DNA from: Octopus sinensis
Lineage: Eukaryota
Length of the DNA: 64,000 nucleotides
Assembly: GCF_006345805.1 (NCBI RefSeq)
Contig: NC_043005.1
Span: 55,738,001 to 55,802,000, forward strand
Direction of reading: 5' to 3'
The stretch's first letter is position 1, and the number at the start of each line of letters is the position of its first letter. The notes beneath the pieces were generated by a model that was not told the origin of the DNA, ran no database searches, and saw nothing but the letters and a program-made list of their open reading frames with translations. Below, piece after piece: positions 53,063 through 64,000 of the stretch. A program made the position numbers and the translations under genes.

Positions 53063-53621
53063 TCATAATGGTTGTTGTCGTTTTAACTTCCGTTTTTCTG
53101 TGCTTGCATGGGTTGAACTGAGTTTATTAAAGCAGATTTTCTATAGCCAGATGCTTTCTTGTTGCCTACTCTCATTTGTTTCTAAGCTAAGTAATATTTT
53201 CCCATGGCCAGACATCTTTTCACAGAATACTGGAGACAAACGACACTGCTTGTATGACTGAGACACACATTTACAACCATCATGCCACAAACAAACACAT
53301 GCAAATACACATACATATATACGTACATACATACATATGTGTATATATGTGTGTGTGTGGGGGGTATAAACATACACACACAGAATGGGCTTCTTTCAGT
53401 TTCCACCAACCAAATCCATCCAGAAGACTTTGGCCAGTTTGGGCTATAGTAGAAGACACTTGCCCAAGGTACCATGTGGTTGGGAAGCAAACTTCTTACC
53501 ACACAGTTGTGCTTGCACCTGTGTGAGTGTGTGTGTAAATAAATAAATGTGTGTGTTTTTGTGTGCTTGTGTGTGTGTGTGTGTATGTGTGTGTGTGTGT
53601 GTGTGTACATACATATGTATA

Positions 53622-54515
53622 TACGAGGGAATACCCAAAAGAAACCAGAATCTTGCAATATTATACACTTAGTTTTACATGTCTACTTTTTTATCACCTT
53701 CAAAGTATTCTCCATTTGAAGCAATGCATCAGTCCAGATGCATTTTCCACTGTTCTAACCAGTGCTGGAACTCTTGGAAAATTATAGCTTTTAATGCCTC
53801 CATTGCTTTTTCTTTACCTCTTCCACATCTGCAAATTCTATAGCACCAGTTTCACCACCAGTGATGACCTTCAAGAAAAGGTCCAGATCAACTTCCAACT
53901 GCTCTTTCAATTCACAACATGCATTCAGTTATGATTGTTCTTGATTTTTTCCATGAGCATGCAAGGCACAAATTTTGCTTGTATTCGCAATTCCTCACTC
54001 AAAATTCGTTGGCAGGTTCTCCAGGACACACCAGTTATATCAACAAGTTTATCAATTGTTCAGCAACGGTCTTCCAAGATCAGTTCATGAATTTTCATGA
54101 TGTTTTTATCCAATTGGGACGTTGATGGTCGCCTGAACGAGTTTGGTCTTCAAGTGACATGTAACCATTCCTAAAGCATGGAAACTACTCATAAATTTGT
54201 GCTTTGTTCATGGCAGTGGTCTTGTAAGCTGTTTGGAGTGCTACAACTGTTTCAGACACCGTTTTCCCCAGCAGAAAACAATATTTCATGGAAGAACGCT
54301 GTTACTTCGTTTTAGCCATTGCAAAAATCTACAACCTGGGGAGAAGCACTGGAAAACAAAGATGGGCCATGTGGTCGTACGACAACCTCATTGGACAATG
54401 CCAGTCAGCAGACTGATACCAAAGTGTCACATCAAGTGGCTTCTAGCAGTGGAAGCCTGAACTACAATGGGCTTGTCCCACAGAGAACATTTTTGGTTAC
54501 TTTTGGGTACCCCCT

Positions 54516-54518
<3 letters not shown>
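53622..54518 (-). mobile_element. Internally deleted mariner element with both TIRs
   Basis: Imperfect TIRs TACGAGGGAATACCCAAAAGAAACC and TATAAGGGGGTACCCAAAAGTAACC (reverse complement), TA flanks, and remnants TCQRILSEEL..AKFVP and KVITGGETG. Confidence 0.8.
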
Positions 54519-54577
<59 letters not shown>

Positions 54578-55849
54578 TATATATATATATATATATATAT
54601 CAGGGGAGGAGAGAGAGAGAGAAAAAGAGAAAGTATGACTTGCTAATTCTGTAAAAAATAGCTGTAAACATTTCATCTATATATACAATATTTTTGCAGA
54701 CAGAAAATGAGGGATCAGGTAAGCTAATTTCAACCTTTATTTGAAATCCCAAGAATCAAGTACTCTCATTAATGAATTGTTTGAGCCTTTTTTTTTCCAA
54801 TTAATGTGTATCATCTAAAATACACCATTATTATTACATCTATATACAAGAAACTGACAGTGGTTTCAGAACTTGTCCTCTTAATGATAAATGCTTGACA
54901 AAAGTAATTACATATGAAGTAAACATAAAATCTCAGTAATACAGAATGGAAACAAAAATATCTCATAAAAGTATTAGTGAAGGGAACTTTAAATGTTGCT
55001 TCTTTAATCATAAGTCCATCTTTGCAAACATGGAAATGAGGAATGTCATTGCTTTATTCAGATATGTCACAATTGAAAGAAAGATGTGTTGAACATTTTA
55101 ACATTAACTAGGCTGTCACTGAGTACAGCATATCCTATATGCTAACAAGCCACTGCTATTGATGATGTTTTTCTATATGTCTCCATTGAAGTCTAATGTT
55201 GGCTCCGTAATATACATTGCTAAATATACATTGCCGAGAAATACCATATTGTAACAAAATAAATTCCTTAAACAGAAAAGCAGAGATAATGTCAAATGGT
55301 ATCATGGAAGCAAATTCTAAGTGGCAAATATAGCAAATTAAAATTGTGGAATAGAATCTGATTATTTTATTAGGCATAAATATAGAAACAACTAGAAGTT
55401 TATAACATTTGGCCATGCAGTACTGAATGTCAATGATAATTCTGATAACATTTAAAATGTTTCTTCATTGAAACATTAATATTGTATCTTTGTTGATAAG
55501 CCAGTTGATTCTCTAACAAGAAATTTGGAATTATAGAAATGTTAACTTTGAAAATAAAACAAACAAATATATAAATAAACAATGAATATGATGACAATGA
55601 CAGCAACAATAACAACGATAATAGATGCAGATAGATAGATAAATAGATGATGGATGGATGGATGGATGGATGGATGGATGGATGGATAGTACAGACACAC
55701 AGATATTGAATGCATAAATTTTACATAAAATATATGGAATTTAATGGCTGAAACCAAAATTCATCTATATATTCATAACTTTTAACAAAATATATTTAAC
55801 ACTTCAGTAAAGAAATCTTTCAATAAAGATCATAGATGTTAATACATAC

Positions 55850-55900
55850 CATTCCTGGCACATGAGCTCTTTCTGGTCTCTCACAGTTTTCTTCTAAGTT
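55850..55900 (-). CDS. Candidate 51-nt cassette exon in EFHC1 linker (NLEENCERPERAHVPGM)
   Basis: Poly-T tract then ttttcaaag|, donor ATG|GTATGT, phase 0-0. Paralog of the 61359-61469 exon. Confidence 0.55.
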
Positions 55901-56264
55901 CTTTGAAAAAGTAAAAAAAAAAATCAAAGCAGTTTTTCAGTAATGTCTATTTAAAACTTAAATCAAAAACAATTTGCTCAAATCAACAATAATTCTCATT
56001 ATCAAAGCCAAGGAACCCAGACAAATTGAAGAAAGATATTTGTCTCAACAATGTTAAGGGGCATTTCTTTAGACACACATGCTTTAACAAAAGCAAATGG
56101 GCACTTTACTTCCAGTTGTCTTATAGTGTGCTGGACAGCAGCCCTTAACTGCTAATGTATGTATGTATGTATGTATGTATGCACGTAAGTATGTAAGTAT
56201 GCATGTATGTATTCTCATGCATATAGTAGCATGTTTAGACATGCTCATAGATACTTACTCATTT

Positions 56265-56680
56265 ACTCATTTATTTGTTTCAGTCATTTGACTGCAGCCA
56301 TGCTGGAGCACTGCCTTTAGTCGAGCAAATCGACCCCGGGACTTATTCTTTGTAAGCCCAGTACTTATTCTATCGGTCTCTTTTTGCCGAACCGCCAAGT
56401 GACGGGGGACGTAAACACACCAGCATCGGTTGTCAAGCAATGCTAGGGGGATAAACACAGACACACAAACATATACACACACACACATATACATATATAT
56501 ATATACATATATACGACAGGCTTCTTTCAGTTTCCGTCTACCAAATCCACTCACAAGGCATTGGTCGGCCCGGGGCTATAGCAGAAGACACTTGCCCAAG
56601 ATGCTACGCAGTGGGAGTGAACCCAGAACCATGTGGTTGGTAAACAAGCTACTTACCACACAGCCACTCCTGCACCTATT
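56265..56680 (-). mobile_element. SINE family A, full length, young-looking (CpGs retained)
   Basis: Reverse complement of the 1005-1407 consensus. Confidence 0.85.
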
Positions 56681-58289
56681 TAAGTGATAAACTTCAGGAA
56701 AGTTTTACAAATATTTACAGTTCCAGTGATGGCTTGGATCTGTTGTCTTTGAATCAGGTTTTCTCCTTTCTGGTTTCAAGAAGCCTAACTTTTCAGACTG
56801 GTATTTAGGTAGTGTGTTATATATTCTAGTGCCCCAATATTTACAGGTGTAAACCTGAACTACTAATCTGGATAGAGTAGCTGTAAATTCCTCAATAGTT
56901 CAGCGTAGATATTTTCTCTTCTTTTCTTATGTATGTATGTATTGTGTATGTATGTATGTATGTATGTATGTATGTATGTATGTATGTATGTATGTATGTG
57001 TTCATGTATGTTCTTTATTTTTTTTAATTTTAGAGAAAATTTTGACCAGCCACCTACTTCGTAAGAAGGTTGTAAAGGAAAGTAAATTGTTTTAACAATC
57101 CTCTTTTAAATCTTAAGACGGTCTCACAGATATTTATCGTTCCAGATATTATGATCATTTGTAGTGTATGAATTGGGGATTTGCATTCTTTCCCCAAGAA
57201 TGTAACTTGGGTACTAGATTTGAAAACTGTATGTATGTATGTATGTATGTATGTATGTATGTATGTATGTATGTATGTATGTACGTATGTATGTATGAGC
57301 TTGCACTAGTTTCATCTGACCTTTCGGATGAAACTAGTGCAGACTCAATGCCTATCACGGGAATGCAGAAATTCCGGGATGGTGTCCAGTGTGCTAGACG
57401 ACCACTGGGAGTGAGTCACCCCTCAGCTTCTGTTGAAGCATGCCTCTAGGAGAAGGTCACTTTGATATAAAGCCAGATATGCAGGGAATGGCATTGGACA
57501 TTTTGGAGATCTTTTGGTTTGTGCTAGAGATCATGGCACTCCCACATCCCTGAGCCTGCAACTCATATTGGCACCAGATATCTCACTCTGGTTTGTCTCT
57601 AGATAATGTCAATAGAGTGGAGAGGATCTATGAGGTGTCAAGCAAGCCTCATTGGACCTAAAACTCTGCACAGACATTGCTGACCTCTGCTTGATATGTG
57701 CTGCTTTTTTTTTTCCTACTATATATATTTTAACACAAGGGACATCAGCCATCTGAATGTGGCTAGGGACAGGGCAGGGCGGTGGGGGTGTTACTAATGC
57801 ATCAGTAACACCCCCACCACCCTGCCCTGTCCCTAGCCACGTTCAGATGGCTGATGTCCTTATGTTATGGAGCAGTTACTGTTTATATCTCGTTTAGAGA
57901 ATTATTATTGCTATATATATTTTATTTTCAGTATATATATATCTCTATCGTTAGAATATATTTATTTATTTTTAGTATATATTAATTCGATTTTTATTTA
58001 GAAGTCCTGCAGTGATCGGAAGGTGGTGAAGCTTGCAGACCTGATGGGTTGGAAGCATGAAGTCAGCAACCTGCACATAGGTGGCCCATGCTAGATATAA
58101 AGCCATCTTCTTGTTGCCCAAGGCAGCAATAGAATTCAGTTGCTGTATGGGTGTCTGAGCAACTCCATTTGGAAAGGGCACTGCTCACCCAGAGGGTGGG
58201 GAGGTTCTAGAAAAGGTGAACCAAAATTTGCTAGTCTTTCTATATCTGGTTAGTTTAGCACTCGAAAAACAAAGAGACTTTTTTTTTAC

Positions 58290-58510
58290 AAAATCTGAAT
58301 GGAACTTGAACATTTCATGTTGGAATGTGTGCATTCTGTTAGATAACAAGAGTGACTGTAGGCCTCAAAGATGCATTGCACTTGTTGCTTGCAATCTGAA
58401 CTGTTATAAAATTGATATAGCTGCACTTTCAGAGACTTGTATAGAAGGTGATGGTCAGCTTGAGGAAGTAAGAGGTGGATACACCTTTTTTGGGAAGGGG
58501 AGGCTAAAGG
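58290..58510 (+). mobile_element. RTE/BovB-like LINE endonuclease N-terminus
   Basis: LNISCWNV..LLD...RPQRCIALVA..L..YKIDIAALSET...GQLEE..GYTFF.KG. Confidence 0.8.
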
Positions 58511-59005
58511 AGGAGCGATGTTGGGGGGGGGGGACGAACACAGACACACAAACATATACACGCACATACACACATATATACATATATACGATGGGCTTCT
58601 TTCAGTTTCTGTCTACCAAATCCACTCACAAGGCTTTGCTCGGTCTGAGGCTATAGTAGAAAACACTTGCCCAAGATGCCACGCAGTGGGACTGAACCCG
58701 GAACCATATGGTTGTTAAACAATCTACTTACCACACAGCCACTCCTGCATGGAAAACATTTTAATAGTTATCAACTGAAATGTTGCTTGCCAAATATTTT
58801 ATGACATCGTTGATAACAACTATGATCAGTGCTTCGTTTATATTCCATTTGCCAAATAATGACGATATATTTATGCCAAAATTCAAATTATGTACGTTAT
58901 AATGAAGGTAGTTGGTTATAACTTTGAAATATCAAATATAATATGATTCTTGAGCTCTAAATCATAGAGCCAATAAACAAACCACAAAGATAAGTAAACA
59001 CTTAC

Positions 59006-59020
59006 AACTCCTGCTGCAGT
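59006..59020 (-). CDS. Candidate 15-nt microexon (TAAGV)
   Basis: Long pyrimidine tract with TGC motifs, ttaaag|ACTGCAGCAGGAGTT|GTAAGT, phase 0-0. Alternative CAG acceptors lie inside it. Confidence 0.4.
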
Positions 59021-59450
59021 CTTTAATAAGCACCAAAATGTCAAAATAGCAGAAAAGAAATACAGTTTCAGACATAAAAGAAAGACAACTTATGAATATA
59101 TAAAGTTTCCTAACCAAAACTTCTATCCTGAAGAATGTATGGTTCACAGTATGGAAACTTCACAGTATGATCATTAAAATGATTTTGTCCTCAAGTAAAT
59201 TGGTTATTTCTTACTCTATATTTTTTGATTTAATATACTTCATTCATTATTACTTTGGGTGTTGTATTTTTTTCCAGTAACAGAGTTATTATATTCAAAG
59301 TATGAATTTAATTAAAAGAGAAGCATAGTGTAGCAAGTGTTGATGAAGCATAGTGTTGCAAGATTGGTTATGTTCCATTCTATTGTATATTATAAACATA
59401 TATATGTATGAATGCATGCATGTTTGTATGTATATATGTATGCATGTATG

Positions 59451-59484
<34 letters not shown>

Positions 59485-60089
59485 TGTATGTATGTATCTA
59501 TCTATCTATCTATCTCTCTATCAATATATCTATCTATCAACACGTGTGTGTGTGTGTGTGTGCATCTATATATGTGCATGTTGTGTAACACACATACATA
59601 TATCTTAAAGCAAAATATATCATCATCATTCGACATCATCGTCGTCGTCGTTTCACATCCATCTTCCATGCATGGGTAGGAAGGTTCTCAGGAATTGGCC
59701 AGGTAGAAAAATTACCATATGTTACTCTGTTTTGGAAGGGTTTTTTACAGCTGGATGTCCTTCCTAACATCAACCACTCTGCCGATTGAACTCAGTGCTT
59801 TTTACATGGCACTAGCACAAGTGAGGTTAGTTTTGACATGATTTTTACAGCTGGATGTTCTTCCAAATGCCATCCACTTTACAGTGTGGACTCGATGCTT
59901 TTTATGTGGTACTAGTGCTGACAGGATCACCAAGTAACTCACAAGATGAGAAATTATGAGAGGAGCAGGGGCGTTTGAGGAGGAGAACTCGTGTCAGAGG
60001 ATGAAAGGTTGGAAGGTGACAGAGAAATAGGGAGGCAGTAATAGGTGCCTTGCTATAGAGGAGGTACATGGCTACCCAGCTTCATCAGG

Positions 60090-61200
60090 GTCTGTCCATT
60101 TGGTCATCCTTGAAGTGAACTGACTGAAGTAAATTTTTATTAGTGTTCTGTGGGAGAAGGCTGGTTGTTTATGTGCTGCTCACCTCAGATTCACACCAGT
60201 CACTGTCCGAAGTTAGGGCTTGGTCTAAGATAAGTCAATATCAAGATTAGTGTTTTTGTAAGGTTCTTTGTTCATTTTAGTGGCTGTGTGTGTTATGTTT
60301 TTGATTTTGAGTGTAGTGCTTGTATTGAAGTGTTCATGTTTGTTTATATTCATTATTTTTTTCAGTTGGGTTGCTCATGATTTGTGTTATACATTGGGCA
60401 GGGTATTTTTTTTTTAATGCTGGTTATTAAATATTTTTATGTTTAGTTTATGTTATTCTATTTGTTAAATCAAGCTCAATTGTTTCTGGAGCATTGGTTA
60501 TCTAGAGTTATCCCTATATCTCTTAAAGGTCCTGCTGTGCTTGTGCAAGCATCTTGGGGCTTGTTCATGTCTTGTATTAATTAATGAGTGTTTTGATGTA
60601 AATATTTGGTAAAGTTTTTCTACACATAAGTCACATCTATTTCCCCCTACTTGATAAGGCTTAGCAGTACTAATTAGCTCCCATTCGATAGAATAGGTAT
60701 TGTTTCCCATCTCTAATTGACCAAATTAGTTTGCTTAGGCTTGTATTATTAATTTTTTTCCTCCCATCTCTAAAAGAACTTAAATGATTGGCTAGTCTCT
60801 TTTATAAAGGTATTCTCTTCCCTCCAAGGTAACTTTGCATCTATAGACCAGATTCTTAATTTGATATCTTAGTTTGACTGGTTTGCCTATTTCAATAAGC
60901 CATTGTGTTATTGACTTCATAAGAAATTTCTTCTATTTTCTCTTTCCATCAGTCCAGTGTTATCTCTGAATTCTCTATGGGTATTAGTTTTGGCACTGCT
61001 CTTTCTAGCAGTTTGTTCTTCTAATTTTATGCCTGTGAAAGAATTTGTTAGGTCTGTTTCCCTTTGACTGTTGGTCCTTCCGTAACCATTCCCCCTTCTT
61101 TCTATGGTGTCAGTGCCTATGTCACTTCTGTTGTTAGTTATTTCTTCCCTATTATTTAAATTCGGATTATTAAGATCTCCATTGATGGGCTCCCTATGTT
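60090..61200 (-). mobile_element. Degraded Penelope-like element (GIY-YIG C-terminus)
   Basis: KRLANHLSSFRDG...NTSLSKLIWS and YSIEWELISTAKPYQVGGNRCDLCVEKLYQI...LINTRHE...CLHKH. Confidence 0.75.
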
Positions 61201-61358
61201 TATGTGGATGTACTATTGCACAAAACCTACAAAGCAACTGAAACCTAAATCCAAATATATTCATATCTTTCAACAAAAGACATCTAACACAATAGTAAAG
61301 GATGTCTAAAGTTACACAAGAAATCATTAAGATAAGGGCTTTTGATGCCAATACATAC

Positions 61359-61469
61359 CATTCCTGGCTGATTAGCTGCTGCTGCTGTTTGAGATTGAAG
61401 TGTTTTATCAGCTTTCTTATAATTTTCAGGTACAGTCTTGGTCACAGTTGTAGGTTCAGGGCCAGATCG
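61359..61469 (-). CDS. Candidate 111-nt cassette exon in EFHC1 linker (RSGPEPTTVTKTVPENYKKADKTLQSQTAAAANQPGM)
   Basis: Acceptor tcttgcag|, donor ATG|GTATGT, phase 0-0, no stops. 3' end and downstream intron are homologous to the 55850 exon. Confidence 0.65.
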
Positions 61470-63670
61470 CTGCAAGATTATGCAACTTAGTTACCACATG
61501 TTTATTCTTCATGCATTTTTTATACTCACCTTCATAGGAATCTGAGCCAACAAGGCAGTTTCAGTCTACCAAGCCAGCCCCAGCAAATGGGGAGGATGAG
61601 GCAATAAGGAAGTGAAAAGGCAGTATGGAAACTGAGTAAAACAAGGAGCTAAGGCAATGATTCATAAGTTACTGAGAGAGAGAGACAAGCAACTAGGAAT
61701 CATTGATCTACCAAGTTAGTTGAGACCTCCAGTGTTCTTGGCCCCTGGACCATATCCCTGCTCACTGCAATCAGGGCAGAGATTGTTGTCAATAAGGGCA
61801 AGCCTCGTGTGTCAAAGTAACCATTCCAGCGCATCTACCTTGCTATCATCCAGAGTAATGTCTGTTCCATTTTGTCTGCTGGTGCTATGAGAAATGTTTC
61901 CATAATGTGAGAGGCAAGATTCTCCACTAGCCACTTATTTACTACATTGTACAAAATGATATGTCAATAGTGGGGTACAGTCAACTGAGTGGATTTTAAG
62001 CCAATGTATGGGTAGAAGCCAGCGAGGGGAGCCATAACAATGAGGGAGTGAGTCTGTAGACTTAAACTGAGTACCATGGAACCATGAACCAACATTAGAA
62101 CCTAAAGTCAATGAGTCACTCAAATTGTTAGAAATAGCAACAATATTTTCATCATGTCACACCTAACTGCTTTTAAAATAGGATGGATGAGATGGGAAAA
62201 ATAACAGGTATGTCATGGCTGGATTGTCTATCGTCAAGAATGCATGCAGGAAGTTTTGTTCAATGAAGCTGTAAAACATGAATCAAATCAATAGCAACAG
62301 CTTTACATTGATTTTATGTTTTCACCACAGAGACATGACTTCTCGTTGCTCCAATTTAATTGGGTTTTTTTTTTATTTAATCAGTATATTTGGAAAACAA
62401 AAGCAAAATAGACAATAACAGCTACAACTGGAATACTTTAGATCATAGGTTTGCTTGATCAGTCCTGATTGGAAACTGAGCAACAAAAACCATTTAACAC
62501 ATAATTATTTCTAGCATAAGCACAAGGCCTCGACTTGTGGGACAAATTGTATATAAAACATATGCATTTCTCTGAAAAATCAATGTACCAGCATAACACA
62601 GCAGCATGAGGACTTAAAGTGTGAAACTGGTCAAAAATCTAGTGTTAGATAAGTTAGAATTTAACTTGTTCAGCTCTGATAGTTGAGAGCATGTCCAAAG
62701 TTGTACACTGAAAGAATTCCTCCTAGAGTATATGAATTTAGCATTCTGATACCAAATTGCATGAGACCACCTTTGGTTCTGTGATACAAATTTCCTGTTT
62801 AAAATGATCTACATTAAAACTGTCCATCAAAATTTCATGTTGATTTATGTTCCAAACATTAGCTTAATTAAGATAAAGCTAGTTTGCTAAATTCTTCGTT
62901 AATTGCAAAATTAATTGAAATGTAGACAATGTTTTGATTTGGAGTTACACACATGGCAAAAATAGGCTATCCTATATATCAGATCAAGGGTCTTATGAAC
63001 AAGTACAGCCTAACTAGAGATCTTGGAGAAGACCATATTTTCTTGTGCCTTGAGTAATTCAGGCAGACATAAATTTTTCAGCATCTCAATGAGCTGAATT
63101 AACCATAGAAATAATCAAATAATCATCAAAGGTAAGAAAATCTAAATGCTGTTTGTAACAATGGCGTGGTTATAGTTGATTATATCAACCCCAGTACATG
63201 AAGAGTATTTTATTTAATTAACTGTGGTGCTTGAATGATACTTTATTTTTTCAAATACTATACTTAAGTGGTTCTTTATTTCACCAATTTTAGAAAAACT
63301 AAAAGCAAAGTGGAGCTCGGTAGAAGTTCAAACTAGAACGAAGGAAGTTAGAACACCGCAAGATATTTTGTCTACCAAATTAGCAGTTCTGCCAATCTAC
63401 TGCCCTAACATAACAAATAATTCTGTCTATTATAGGCACAAGGCCTGAAAGCTTGTGGGAGAGAGGTTGTTCACTACATCATCTCAAGTGTTCAACTGGT
63501 ACTTTTTATCAACCCTGAAAGGATGAAAGGCAAATTTAACCTCAGAAGAATTTGAACTCAGAATGTGAAGCTGGAAAAAATGTTGCTACATGTGCCAAGT
63601 ATACCAATGATACTGCTGGTTCACTGCATTTATATAACAAAATCAAAACACACAGTATAAAAATACTTAC

Positions 63671-64000
63671 CTTTGGAAGCAGGTGTTTTACATCAAGGGG
63701 AGTGAAATCTGTGATACCAAAGTGTCTGTTGTAATAAGCCTTGGTGAAGTTATCACAGTCATAGACAAGAAAGACTCGGCCATATATATTGATGGTTTTA
63801 CCTATGATGAAGTCTGGTGGAGTGAGGTATTCCCTGACTTCATGGTTGGTGAGTTCCATTGAGATGGCTGGGTATGTGGAGGGAACATTGCAGCGGTTTT
63901 TGGGTACTTTGTCACGTTTTATAAGGACAGGGAAAGGGTCTCTGCCATCATTCTCATGGTGGATTTCTCGAACTTCCAGTGTGTCATCAGACAGGTAATA
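63671..64000 (-). CDS. EFHC1: EFHC1/Rib72-like exon, second DM10 domain (5' part outside window)
   Basis: 110 open codons, YYLSDDTLEVREIHHENDGRDPFPVLIKR...DFIIGKTINIYGRVFLVYDCDNFTKAYYNRHFGITDFTPLDVKHLLPK, matching the EFHC1 DM10-2 pattern (YYL.DDTVEIRE.H..NDGRDPFP; YDCD.FT..YY...FGITD). Donor AAG|GTAAGT, phase 0. Confidence 0.95.

Overview
AT-rich, microsatellite- and SINE-dense eukaryotic DNA. The repeat families point to an octopus (inference). The window holds the 3' half of a minus-strand EFHC1/Rib72-type gene: end of DM10-2, DM10-3 and the C-terminal EF-hand pair. Six phase-consistent exons run from 64000 down to a stop at 2956. Three things are not explained by the standard gene model. 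(1) The DM10-2/DM10-3 linker contains a tandemly duplicated module of frame-preserving candidate cassette exons (111 nt and 51 nt, both ending PGM|GTATGT). The module also has a 15-nt candidate microexon whose paralog has lost its donor, and the normally conserved PPYNGFG..EDS motif is gone. (2) On the plus strand, inside EFHC1 introns, there is a 105-codon helical-repeat-like reading frame split by a transposon with an 11-bp target duplication. Several more exon-like segments suggest an unannotated antisense interleaved gene or pseudogene. (3) There are several long intronic hairpins or inverted duplications that are candidate dsRNA/ADAR or small-RNA substrates. The rest is SINEs, RTE/RTE-X/CR1 LINE fragments, Penelope-like fragments, Tigger, mariner, piggyBac-like and Helitron-like elements. 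Repeat coordinates are approximate. All homology calls are from memory of the families; no searches were run.
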